Assembly: GCA_043228905.1 (NCBI GenBank)
Contig: JBHGNT010000017.1
Coordinates: 3,286,001-3,350,000, forward strand
DNA: 64,000 nucleotides
Source: Azolla caroliniana
Lineage: Eukaryota > Plantae > Polypodiophyta
Reading direction: 5' to 3'
A program made the position numbers and the translations under genes. The notes under the pieces were generated by a model. It had not been told where the DNA came from. It was given only the letters and a program-made list of their open reading frames with translations, and did no database searches. This document shows positions 1 to 11,691 of the stretch, one piece after another. Every line of letters starts with the position of its first letter. Position 1 is the stretch's first letter.

Positions 1-1514
1 CAAACGAATGAGAAGGCAGCGGAAGTCGACACCAACACGGAGGAACTGACGGGTCGAGATGCGTCGGAGTCATAACAACGAAGGAGCTGAGATGGGCCTC
101 CTGAGCAAACAAGTTGACCGAGAAAGTCGAGGTGCGCGGGACCGGACGGGTCAAGGACCACGAGCAAGGCGGGAAGACACCAAGAGGAGCTAGAGGAATG
201 GACCGGTACACACTGATACAACGATCTGACCTCAAGTTAAGCTCAAGGGGGAGTGTTGAACAGACAAGCTCAATTAGATCCGGATCGGAGTCTGGAACGA
301 AGAACTGAATTGGTATCGGGAACCAAAAGCCGGATTGGATTGTAACCGGTAGGCAGTTAGAGGCCTACGCCTAGTACATAGGCATATTTTTGGGAGTCAG
401 TGTCAATCACTTGTATGAGCATTGAAGTACATATCAATACTTCTGGCAAACCTTTTAAGGACTTGTACAAAAGTGCTCACTGAGTACATTGTACATACAG
501 AGTATTACAGAGTGTTATTATTTTTTAATTGAGTTTATGCTTTCTGCTCTCTCTGTCTCTCATGTGTATTCTCTGTTCCTAAGCTTCCATTAAACCTTGT
601 CTCTGTTTTCTGTTGTTATCCGAATAAACCACTTTGTCTACAAGCTTCCGCATGTTATTCTTCGCACTTTGCAACGAGGGTGGGTTGGTATACCACTCGA
701 ATACGGAGCGTTTCCACTCTTGATAGCAACGCATTGGAACAAGGGTGTGCAAGTATGCACGAAACAAAGATCGGAGTACAAGAAATGTAAATATGTGTAG
801 AATATTTGTAGTATTAGGCAGAGTGGTTAATGGGTACTTTAAGTCCCACACATATAGAGAGGAATACTAGGATTTGATGTGAGGGAATCGAGGGAAATCT
901 CTATAAGAAACGATGTCACCGAACACGATGTAATGGCCTTACCCCTTGTGCTATAAAAGGGGAGGTTTGAGACTGTATTGGGGATCCACGATTTTTTGGA
1001 ACGAGGTGTTGTTGGACCGATCTCTGTAGGCTTCCTTCCATTCTCTGTTTTCCGATTTCCCATCGTCGTGTTGCGAGGCCTCCGTTTCGCGTTGGTATCC
1101 TGTGTGCTCCCGATCGGACGCTCGCTAGAGTCTATGTGTGTGTGTAGCAAGCTCGAAGCTCTTTTGCCAGCCACATCCGATTGTAATATTTTCCATTTAT
1201 CTGTTAATCATTAGTTCATTGAGTCTCTTTGTGCATTTGGTCTTTTTTGTGACCTTGTCTCTGATCTATTCCTGTTGAGTTTGTGTACTCGAGTGAGTGA
1301 ATCTGTGATCTCATTGCTGCTATCCGGCGACCGGTTTGGAACAATACGCGTCTCTGAGCCCGTGCGCTCACCGTCTGACATCCGTGGAATCAATCCGAAT
1401 TGGGTTCGTGTCCGGAAACCAATCCGGCTAAGTTATCCGGAAAGATCAGAACAACCTTTCTTCTCTCGTAGGCTCCTTGGTCCGAGACCTCGGTGGTCCC
1501 GCCCTGTTCCAACA
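1..1514 (+). mobile_element. 3' end of an LTR retrotransposon (copia-like): PPT ~245-253 and 3' LTR 254-1514
   Basis: PPT AAGGGGGAG is followed directly by TGTTGAACAG. The end CTGTTCCAACA (1504-1514) is its near-perfect inverted repeat. TATA-like CTATAAAAGG at ~951. The PPT context matches that of the copia at 14245-14268, so the superfamily is inferred; no coding domains are in the window. Confidence 0.7.
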
Positions 1515-1878
1515 CATAACTATGGAAATTGCGACAATGTCTTGACAAGTGGCGACATACATGTGACAATGACAAGTTAGCAGGCGGTGACATATTGGCA
1601 CACAACATTTTAGCAAGCGGCGACGTGTCGACAACATCAACGTGATGGCGAGCGGTGACATGTTGACGGGCGGCGATGTGTTGGTGGGCGGTGGCGTGTT
1701 AATGGGCAAAGTTGTTAGCGGGCGGCGACGATGGAGAAACAGTCTTCGCCCAGAATACAGAGAGGGGAAGAAGAATGCATAGATTTGAGAGAGAGAGAGA
1801 GAGAGAGAGAAGAGAAAAGAGAGTAAGCGAGAGGGACAACAGAGTAATGGAGAAAAAAAGCAGGACACAATGATTATG

Positions 1879-1916
<38 letters not shown>

Positions 1917-1919
1917 AAT

Positions 1920-2316
1920 TGTTGAGAATCAAGCTCAACCTAGTCTAGTGTGTGAACACACCCTTGAGAGTGTGCACTCAAAGGTCAAAAGTCACCACTC
2001 TTATCTACACATTAACTATGTGTCATAGAATCATATTCTATGACACATAACTAATGAGTTTTCACATTCCCCATGACCCATGAGCTTCGGTAGTTAATGA
2101 AGAGAGAGAGTGACTATATAAAGCACTCTCCTCCTACTTTGTAATTAGGTCGATTAATCTCCTTTGTATTTTACATCTTCTTGAGTATTTTATTGTCTCA
2201 CAAAAAATCTATCTATTGTTTTCTCTCCTCTCTCTCTCTCTCTCTCTCACACACACGCACGTAACGCACATCTCTTACCTATTCCGCTACACAAGAATCA
2301 TACCCGATTCTCTACA
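1920..2316 (+). repeat. 5' LTR of copia element
   Basis: Near-identical to 14263-14661 (roughly 10-12 differences by eye). Contains a perfect 15-bp-stem hairpin at 2017-2049 and TATATAAA at ~2115. Confidence 0.95.
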
Positions 2317-2328
2317 TGGTATCAGAGC
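2317..2328 (+). promoter_or_regulatory. Primer binding site complementary to initiator tRNA-Met
   Basis: TGGTATCAGAGC directly after the LTR-terminal CA. Confidence 0.95.
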
Positions 2329-3502
2329 GGTTTGGTAGCTCCATCTAGCCCATCCACGTGTGTTGAGCTCTACGCCAACATTCAAGAAGAACCGTCTCAT
2401 CGCTATCGTAGTGCGACTACATAGCTCGTATTCACGAGAGAAGAAGAAGGAAGAAATCTACATCGAACACCATGAATACTCAAATGGAGAGCGCTCGCCC
2501 TTGCGAGAAGTTGGACCGAAACAACTTCGCATCTTGGGAGTACAAGATGCACCAATACCTTGTCGGCCAAGGCTATTGGGGTTACATCAAGGGAGCACAA
2601 GAAAACCGACCCGGCCCGGAAGACGCCGACTACTCAACATGGGAGCAAGCGGCAAGTCGAGTAATGTATTGCTTGGCGACATGTGTTCACGACCACATGC
2701 TCGATTATATTAAGAAGCCGAGACGCCGAAGGAAGCGTGGGAAAATCTACGAAAGATTTTTGCCGCCAACACGACCGCGAGGAAGCTTCAACTCCGCCAA
2801 GGGTTGAACAACATCCAACAATGGGACATGTCCATCACAAGCTACACCTTTAGGATCAAGGAGCTTTGTGACTCGCTTGGCTCAATAAGCGTCAATATGG
2901 ATGATGATGAGATGGTGCAAATATGCCTCAGCGGCCTTGCACCACGGTTCGACTCGATGAGAACCGTCGTCCTAGCAAGGGAGAATCCTCCCTCTTTCTT
3001 TGATCTTCAATGTATGTTATTGGTCGAAGAGAATCATGTTCGAACAAGGAGCAAGCCTCGAAAGGCCACATGCTCTACACACATTCGAATGGAGGAAGAG
3101 GACGTGGCCGAGCAAGAGGCCGATTCGGCCAAGGACGAGGCCGCGAACGAGGTCCGACTTACGACAACAACTCCCAAATTCGGCAACAAGACGGAAGCCA
3201 TCGAGGAACCTTCGGAAGAAGGGGGAGCTTCCATTCCGGTTCGAGTCGACAAAACTCGATCGAATGCAGTTATTGCGAAAAAATCGGCCACCATGAAGAA
3301 GAGTGCCGAAAGAAGAAGCGTGAGTCAAGTTCCACAAGCCGATAACTCACCAATTACGCCACCAACTCTAACTATGATGATCATGGCGGAATGTTTGTAA
3401 TGAGACATAGAGCAAATCCTATGTTGGCCTCTACTTCGATTAATGCCTCCAATCCGGGAGATGTATAGTTCGTCGACTCCAGTGCTTTGAACCATATGAC
3501 GT

Positions 3503-4193
3503 TATCGCATTGTTACGCGCGTGCGTGGAGAACAAGGTGGGACCACTGGGGTCTTCGACCGAGGAATAGGTGAGGAAAAAGAGAGAGAGAGAGAGAGAGA
3601 GACGCTCACTCACGTATAGACAAAGAAGCGCACGGGGACGCGGCACAACAACACAGGAGACGCGAGTTGAGAACGCTAGAGTATGTATGTAAATATAGGC
3701 ATGTATTTGTATGTATGCAGACGACTCGAACGGTTACAGCCGATCAGGTCGGCGAGGTGGATGCCGATGCCTAATCACCCACGCACACAGGAGAGCAAGA
3801 TGGAGATTCTGCCGGAAGCACACGGGCGTTCCACGGAGCAGAATCAGCCTCCTGAGAACCTGCGCAAAAGAAAGCTATGGAGAACGACAGAGAAGAAGAG
3901 CTCGGTCCTAGTCCGACATCACTTCGTTCCTTCTAGCGCACGATATCTTCTCTCCCCCGTCTCCCTCTCTTTTATAGCTCAAGGAGGGAGGCCGTTTCAC
4001 CCGTTTACATCACATTAATTCTCTGTCCTTTCGGACAGAGATACTCCTCGATTTCCCTTATAGAATATTGCTACCTAGGATTTAACCTTTGTGCCTACCT
4101 ATCTACTATACGACAAGGGACATGCCCACGTGTAAGGGCCGGTTCACACGCATTATACACGGTTTGCGCCTGGGGACGGTTTTCTTCACGACA
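3503..4193 (-). repeat. 3' LTR of gypsy element
   Basis: ~690-bp direct repeat of 9926-10620; identical-length shadow ORFs 3683-4018 and 10110-10445. Confidence 0.95.
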
Positions 4194-4269
4194 TCCGCCC
4201 CCACCTAACCGCGCATCCACTGGTATGCGCCAAAATTGGGTTCCTACGGGAGAAAACCGATCCTTGCTT

Positions 4270-7200
4270 TTATTCCTCTTTTACAGGTTCATCCTCCGCC
4301 TCGGGCTGCTCGTCGTCGCTGTCCATGCCCCCTAGCTCCGGCTCCCCGTCATGCAGTTTCTTGAACGCTTTGATCCTCTTCCCCGCTACCGGTATCGCCA
4401 TTCTCGTACCGTCGAGCTTCGCGAGATGGTACGTCCCATTGCCGTTGGCGCCTGTTACTACGTAAGGCCCGAACCAACCCCTCGCAAACTTCCACGTGGC
4501 CCTGTGCTGATTGTCGAGGCTGCTGTCGTAGACTAGCACCCAGTCGCCTTCCTCAATCTTCCTTGGCCTGAACCAGTGTGTTCGGTCGAACCGGGCTTTG
4601 TTCCTTATCCTCACTACCCGAAGTTTCTCCGCGGCTCGCTCTACATCCTCCGGCCTCCGCTCGAGTTGTCGAATCCGCGCCGCCAACAGTTCCTCCCGGC
4701 TCATCTCATCCCTCCAGTCCACCGTGGCCCACGAGGAGATCGTTCGCTCTGTTGGCATGATCGGCTTCTGTCCGAACATAAGCTCGGCCGGCATGAACCC
4801 GGTTACCGAACTGTGCGTAGTCCGGTCCGCCCACAAGGCATAAGGTAGCAGCCCTGGCCAGTCCCCGACTCGGCCTCCGCACGCCCGTACTAGCGCTTTG
4901 ACAATTGGCCCGTGTCCGCGCTCCACCTTCCCGTTCGCCTCCGGATTGTACGTTGTGGTGAGCGAAAGTTTGACTCCTAGCCGGTTGAACAGCTCTTCGG
5001 CCTCTTCTGCGTCCAACTCACCACGGTCAGCCACGATCTTCCCTACGCACCTGTATCGGCATACTACGTCCTCAATCAAAAACCGGCACACGGCTACCGT
5101 CGTCTTGTTCTGTAGGGCTCGGCCTTCAACCTGGTTCGTTAGATGTTCCCGAGCCAACACCAGATACCGCATCTGTCTTACCCCCATTGGCATCGTCACC
5201 AAATCCACCATCCACTTGAAGTGGACGGTCGGAGGGTAGGTCGGGTGAAGCTCGTCCCGATGTCGGATCATGGAGTGCACCTGACAGCTTTCGCAAGTCG
5301 TCACGAACCGATGCACGTCCCGGTATAGTCCCGACCATCAGTACTTCCCCTTTAGCTTTTCAAACGTGGCCCACGTTCCACGGTCTCCAGCCCTCAGGCT
5401 ATCGTGGTACACCGCCAGCAAATCCTCCTGTTCCTCCTTCTTCGCCACCACTCGGAGCGGGATGTCGTTCCTCTTCTTCGGGTGCTTCCATATGTATCCG
5501 TCCCGGAGAAAGAATCGGTAGGCTTTCTTCCGAATCCGGTTGGCCTCGTCCGTTGTCCATGCCGCGTCCGGTGTCATTGTTTTCAGGAACCCGTTGATCT
5601 GCAGCCACTCCCCGTCGTACTTGCTCTCGTCGAAATCGTTAAGCGTTGGAGAGCATTCCCTGCCGGTTGTTACGTAAGCCGCCTCGAAGAAGTCCAGGCC
5701 GACTTCCTCGTCCTCTAAAACCATTGCGCCGTCGTTTTCGAACCTCGCCCTTGAAAGCATGTCGGCCATGGCGTCGTCTTTCCCGGAAATGTGTCGTATT
5801 TCCGGATTCAGGGACTTGATGTACGCTATCCACCTGAGCATTGTCAGGTCTAGCGTCACGCATCCGAAAACCATGCCAAGGATCGGCAGGCAGTCTGTCT
5901 CGATAATTACCTCTGTCCCGATCAGGTAGTCTTTATCGGCCTTTACCGCCGAAACGATAACCCAGAGCTCGCGTTTAACCTGGGCATATCCTCGTTGTCG
6001 CTCACTGAGGACCTTCGCGCCGAACTGGATCGGGGAACGCATGCCGTCGTCGTCCTCTTGGTTGACGACCCATCCGATCTCGGTCGGACTCGTGTCTACC
6101 GTAACGTAAATTGGAGTGCTCTTTCCGTAGACAGCCTTTCGGAGCGCTGGAGCCGCGGCAAATGCTTCCTTCATCTTCCGGACAGACTCTGTATGCTCGT
6201 ATCTCCACTCGAATTTTCGCCCCTTTTTCAGCAACCCGTATAACGGCTCCGCGACGTGAGCGTAATGCGGGATCCATATGTGGTAGAACACGCACGCTCC
6301 CAAGAACCTCCGAACCTCCGTGACCGAGCTACAATCGTTCTTCATCGCGGAGATGGCTTCTACCTTAGCCGGAGACGGTTTCCGGCTGTACGGCCCGCAT
6401 AGGTGTCCGACGACCATGATCTCTGATTGCCCAAAGGCCGATTTTCCCCCGGAGAAGGTGAGCCTCGCGCCCTCCAACCTCTGCAGCACCTTCTCACAGT
6501 CATCGATGTGCGTCGCCACGAATTTCCGACATCCATCCGGTCCGATCGTCTCGTCCCTTTCCTCCACCGGGCATCCCTTGATCGGGACGTCATCCAAAAA
6601 CAGCATGGTGATGTCCAGGATACAATCCCTCAGCACTTTGTTCATTGCGTTCACCATGTGAGCCACCGAGTTCGTCCCTCCTTGCGGTAGGGTACACATC
6701 CATACTAGGCCGAGAGGAGTTCGCATTGTCGTGATGTCTCTGCTCTCTACGGCAAGCTGGAACTGATCGTACCCCGAGTAGAGATCACCGACCGAGTAAA
6801 TCGACCTTCCGGCGAAGGCCTCCGCGAACTCGTCTATTGTCGGTCTGATTCCCGCGTTTCGAATGGTCACCTTGTTGACCGGCTGCAGGTCTCGAATAAA
6901 GCGCAGCGTGCCGTCCTTCTTCGGCACGGTAAACCATCAATTCGAGTATGGGGCACTCGACGGTTCGAGGATTCCCATCTCGACCTTCTGCTTTAACAGC
7001 TCCATCAGCTTCGGGATGTGAGCTCTGGGTACTGGAATCGGTTTGAGACTCCACGGCACATGTGGTACCGTGAATATCACCATCGGTTCCACGACTATCG
7101 GGTCTATGCACCCGATCTCCTCCGGTGAGAATGCGAAAGCCTTCCCGTGCCTTCCGAGCATTCCCCGAAAACGGTCTTCTTCCGCCAGCAGTAGGAAGCC

Positions 7201-7758
7201 GCCCCCACCGATTTTGAGCTCACGCAGCGTTATGTCGGTGAACGTGTGTCCTATGCGGGTCAGATTTCGTAAACTCGGGTCCGACGCAACCCCCTTTATT
7301 CGCAACTCGCTGCCCTCCGGCAAGGGCTCCGCGACTGGCCTCACCTTCCGGTCCACAGTCTTGTACCTCGTGTCTACCTGGGCCGTCCGATCCGACTCGA
7401 GCCCTCTACTGAAGTCCGCGATGACTTCGTACATCTTTTCCGAACATACCGGAATCGTCTGGTCCCCTTTAAGGACTCCTCCGACTACCTCTCGCAGCTC
7501 CCCCAAGGTATCGTCGAAAGAGACCGCCTCCACGGCTTCGTTTATTTCCTCTCCGAGGCCGAGGATACCACATGCCCGAAGTCGCTCCTCCGCCCTCTTC
7601 TTCTTCCGCCCAACAACGTCGACTATCGTACACCCTCTGTTGTCGGAGAACCAAAATTTCCTACTTATAGTAAAGATCTTCTTCGATATCGTACACTTGT
7701 GGGGTTTTCCCGGAGTGCCCGGACTATCGCGGCCCCACGCCTTGATAGCCCTTTCTAA
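4270..7758 (-). pseudogene. Gypsy pol (RT-RNase H-integrase), -1 frame relative to gag-PR, two premature stops
   Basis: RT PKKDGTLRFIRDLQPVN, GDLYSGYDQ, LPQG, FLDDV. RNase H YAQVKRELW, ETDCLP, ADMLSR. Integrase WMVDLV, DRGE, YNPEANGKVERGH, GPY. In-frame TGA stops at 6937 and 5338. Confidence 0.95.
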
Positions 7759-7764
7759 AAATCC
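7699..7764 (-). promoter_or_regulatory. Putative -1 programmed ribosomal frameshift cassette (G_GAU_UUU + H-type pseudoknot)
   Basis: Heptamer GGATTTT (7764-7758) immediately before the gag-PR TAG. 6-nt spacer, stem GGGCTATC/GATAGTCC, loop GTGGGG pairing with downstream CCCCAC. The -1 frame is open into pol. Confidence 0.8.
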
Positions 7765-9882
7765 TCTCGACTTTCGCCCCCGAGGGTCTCGCAGTTCCGC
7801 TCATGGTTCGGTCTCACCGTCAGGAACTGGACCGAGTGACGCCCATCCTGGCTCTTGACCCTTGCATAGGCCGAGCCGTTGTCCAACACCTTGGTCTCCA
7901 TCCGTGCTGCCGTGATGTACGGTTCTCCTAGTATAACCGGATGTGAGGACGTCTCCTGTACGAAGAAGTGTTGGTCAATCTCGACATCGCCGATCTTTAC
8001 TCGTACATTCGGGCAGGCTCCATGCAGCTCTTCGGTGGCACGCGTCGCTGCACGTATTTTCCACCCGTGCTTGGTGTTGATCGGCCATTTTCCCTTCTTA
8101 TAGAAGTCCATGGACATCAAATTGATTTCTGAACCATGGTCCACCAACGCCACCACCGGTTCATGAACATCTCCGATCTTCACGGGGGTCTCCGTGGTCG
8201 CTCTGGCCCAGTGCGGCCTCGAATAGTGGCTCTCCGCCAACTTGTCTTCCAGCGCCATGTCCTCTATGTGCGTCGTCCGCACCTCCACTGGCTTCTTCGG
8301 TTCTGTCTCCGTTGACAGCCTCTTCCTCTTCACCAAGTCTACGATGGAGTCGTGGAACTCCTTCTTGGCGATCCTGAGCACTTCCCTCAGCGACAGTTCC
8401 ACCTTGTTGTCGAGGATTCGTTCTTCCAGGACCTTTCGCAGGTTCGTGGATCTTTCGATTTCTGTGCCCAGCCGGTACCCACCCTTCTTGGGATTATCCT
8501 AGGCGCTGGTTACACCGACCTCATTCCGTCTTTGCCCAAATCGAGTTTCATATCGCTGCGAGGGCCCGGCCCCTCCGGTTTTCCCTACTCGCTTGTCATC
8601 CACCAGAGCCTCGTAGTTTTGACAAGCGGCTTCGACGAAGCCCGTCTTTTCTTCCATCGGGTCACTCCACCCGGTTACCTCCCGGACCCGTTTTTCCACG
8701 TGGTCCACCTCTTCTTTCCTTAGTCGTGCGCCGGCGAGGCCTTCCAGCATCGTCGGCCAGAACCCGGCTTTGTTCGTCTTCGGGGCCTCGTCACCCCCGA
8801 CCCGAATACCAGCTGACGCCGAGTAGTGGACGGTCTCCGCATGACGAGCCGCCGCCTCTTCCATCAGCCTTTTCATACCCCCTCGCCCGACGTTCAGGTT
8901 TAGGGCCCTTCGAGTCTCGCTAGCGTGCACCCGACCGTTCCACAGGTACACCACGTTGCTTCTCATCGCCTTGGCGAAGTCCCCGTAGTCCTTCCGGATG
9001 TGCCCAACCGCGTCACACCACATGCACCTGTTTTCAGCCAGAGGTCGTCGGTCACGGGCCTGTTCGCCACCATCCCTCCATGCTTGGGCGATCTGGAGAT
9101 CCTTTACCATCCGCGTCAGCTCCTCTAGAGCTGCTCCCCCGAACGAGCCCTTGACCATGCCAGTTGAAGCCGATCCGGTCTCGAGCCAATCTTAGGTCTC
9201 TTCCCTTCGCGTTGGTGGTGTTGGCTCAAGCTTCCTTGCTGCAACAGAGCCCGCCCCTGTCGATCCTTTGTCAACCCATTCCTGCCGTTTTGTCGAAACG
9301 GCCACAAACCCTTTTCACCACGGCCCAGTCGGCCATCAACCCGTCATCAGTCTCCAATAGGAGGCCTATCTGCTCTCGATTCCGCTCGTCAACCGACTTA
9401 ACAAACAATAGGACACGGCTTGTGTCCAAAACGGTCCGGTCAAGCACCGAGAGGCGCACGAAGCGTTCCTCAAACTCCCGAAGGAGCACTGACGCGTTCC
9501 TTCCTTTGTCAGGGGTCTCCACCCACTCCATGAAGTCCCACTTCGAAAGTTGAAGCGCATCTTCAAGCCCGTATCTTTCGAGGAGCTGACCTTCGAACTC
9601 CTCCCAGGTCCGGCTCTCGGCCCGTACCTCGAGCACCTCCGTATGGATGCCCGGCATCGCAACTCGAGGGAATCCGGCTAGACGCCTCTCTTCCGGAATG
9701 TCCCTCATTACCATCTCAGCCCGGTAGGACGCCAAGTAGCTTGTTGCATCCTTCCCACTAAACCGGCCGATCGTACCGACAACCACCTCGATAGCCCTAT
9801 CAAGGGCGTCGTTGCCTTCGTGCACACTCACTATACGGTCCACAGCCGAAGCCATGGCTTCTGCGAGGTCCGACCCCCTCAT
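7755..9882 (-). pseudogene. Gypsy gag-protease ORF (one frameshift, two stops)
   Basis: Gag GRFSGKDATSYL and zinc knuckle CMWCDAVGHIRKD. Aspartic protease ALVDHGSEINLM...VILGEP. Pieces 9271-9882, 8499-9158, 7755-8402. Confidence 0.9.
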
Positions 9883-9903
9883 CTTCTACTCCTCTGCCGC
9901 CTG

Positions 9904-9921
9904 TTCGCGTCGGGTTCACCA
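9904..9921 (-). promoter_or_regulatory. Primer binding site complementary to tRNA-Trp
   Basis: Plus strand TTCGCGTCGGGTTCACCA matches 17/18 to the 3' end of plant tRNA-Trp as I recall it (TTCACGTCGGGTTCACCA); 4 nt from the 5' LTR. Confidence 0.8.
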
Positions 9922-9925
9922 AATA

Positions 9926-9998
9926 TGTCGCGTTGTTACGCGCTTGCGTGGAGAACAAGGCGGGACCACTGGGGTCTTGGACCGAGGAATAGGTGAGG

Positions 9999-10029
<31 letters not shown>

Positions 10030-10620
10030 CGCTCACTCACGTATAGACAAAGAAGCGCACGGGGACGCGGCACAACAACACAGGAGACGCGAGTTGAGAA
10101 CGCTAGAGTATGTATGTAAATATAGGCATGTATTTGTATGTATGCAGACGACTCGAACGGTTACAGCCGATCAGGTCGGCGAGGTGGATGCCAACGCCTG
10201 ATCACCCACGCACACAGGAGAGCAAGATGGAGATTTTGCCGGAAGCACACGGGCGTTCCACGGAGCAGAATCAGCCTCCTGAGAACCTGCGCAAAAGAAA
10301 GCTATGGAGAACGACAGAGAAGAAGAGCTCGGTCCTAGTCCGACAGCACTTCGTTCCTTCTAGCGCGCGATATCTTCTCTCCCCCGTCTCCCTCTCTTTT
10401 ATAGCTCAAGGAGGGAGGTCGTTTCACCCGTTTACATCACATTAATTCTTTGTCCTTTCGGACAGAGATACTCCTCAATTTCCCTTATAGAATATTGCTA
10501 CCTAGGATTTAACCTTTGTGCCTACCTATCTACTATACGACAAGGGACGTGCCCACGTGTAAGGGCCGGTTCACACACACTATACACGGTTTGCGCCTGG
10601 GGACGGTTTTCTTCACGACA
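9926..10620 (-). repeat. 5' LTR of gypsy element
   Basis: TGTCG...CGACA termini; direct repeat of 3503-4193. Confidence 0.95.
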
Positions 10621-10894
10621 ACGTCCCATCAAGAATGGTTCAAAGACCTTCGAGAGCCGGATCGACCCGGTTATGTCGAGACCGGAGACGACACCACTCA
10701 TCTGATACGGCATGTCGGCAATGTCCCATTCGGGAAAGATGGTGAACAAACTTGCATAAAAAATGTCTTACATGTACTCACCATAACGAAGAATTTGGTC
10801 TCGGTCGGCCAAATTGTGGAGCAAGGTATGCAAGTTCGATTCAACCAAGGAGGTTGCTTCATCGAGAAGGAAGGCCGACTAATTGCTCGTGGTC

Positions 10895-11691
10895 GAAGGG
10901 AAGGCCGAATGTTTATCCTCGAAGTGAACGAGGTAAAATCAGCCATGTTTGCAAAGGGCCTCAAACACAACACCGACATAGAGCTATGGCATAAAAGAAT
11001 CGGCCATATCAATCTCAACAAACTCAAGGCGATGCAATTGAAAGGAGCTGTCATTGGGCTCCCGACCTTCAAAGAGAAATAGATTGAAGGAGTATGTGAA
11101 GCATGCCAATTCGGCAAGCAACATCGACACCCGTTCCCGAAGGAGAGGAACGTGAGCAAAGGCCTATTGGACGTAGTCCACTCGGATGTGTGGGGACCGG
11201 CACAAACGGCCATGTTCGAAGGATGTTGGTACTATGTTACCTTCATCGATGACTTCTCTAGATACACATGGATCTTTCCCATGAGGTGAAGGGAAGGCCG
11301 AAGGGAAGGCCGAATGTTTATCCTCGAAGTGAACGAGGTAAAATCGGTCATGTTTGCAAAGGGCCTCAAACACAACACCGACATAGAGCTATGGCATAAA
11401 AGAATCGGCCATATCAATCTCAACAAACTCAAGGCGATGCAATTGAAAGGAGTTGTCATTGGGCTCCCGACCTTCAAAGAGAAATAGAGTGAAGGAGTAT
11501 GTGAAGCATGCCAATTCGGCAAGCAACATCAACACTCGTTCCCGAAGGAGAGGAACGTGAGCAAAGGCCTATTGGACATAGTCCACTCGGATGTGTGGGG
11601 CCCGGCACAAACGGCCACGTTCGAAGGATGTTGGTACTATGTTACCTTCATCGATGACTTCTCTAGATACACATGGATCTTTCCCATGAGG
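10895..11691 (+). repeat. 392-bp tandem duplication inside copia integrase region
   Basis: Copies 10895-11286 and 11300-11691 are separated by a 13-bp filler TGAAGGGAAGGCC. Confidence 0.92.

Larger units (their letters stand above)
3503..10620 (-). mobile_element. Full-length Ty3/gypsy LTR retrotransposon (non-chromovirus, possibly Phygy/Selgy-like), nested in the copia protease
   Basis: LTRs 9926-10620 (5') and 3503-4193 (3'). TSD ACGT at 3499-3502 and 10621-10624. PPT GGTGGGGGCGGA (minus, 4194-4205). Order gag-PR-RT-RNaseH-INT. Integrase ends with GPY and has no chromodomain. Lineage is inferred from RT motifs only. Confidence 0.95.

Noticed and set aside
5338-6939. In-frame TGA stops in gypsy pol as programmed readthrough
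   Set aside because: They replace conserved R (CGA) and W (TGG) codons by single transitions, consistent with decay.
7043-7858. 271-aa plus-strand ORF as an antisense extra gene
   Set aside because: Shadow of GC-rich pol; no recognisable domain.
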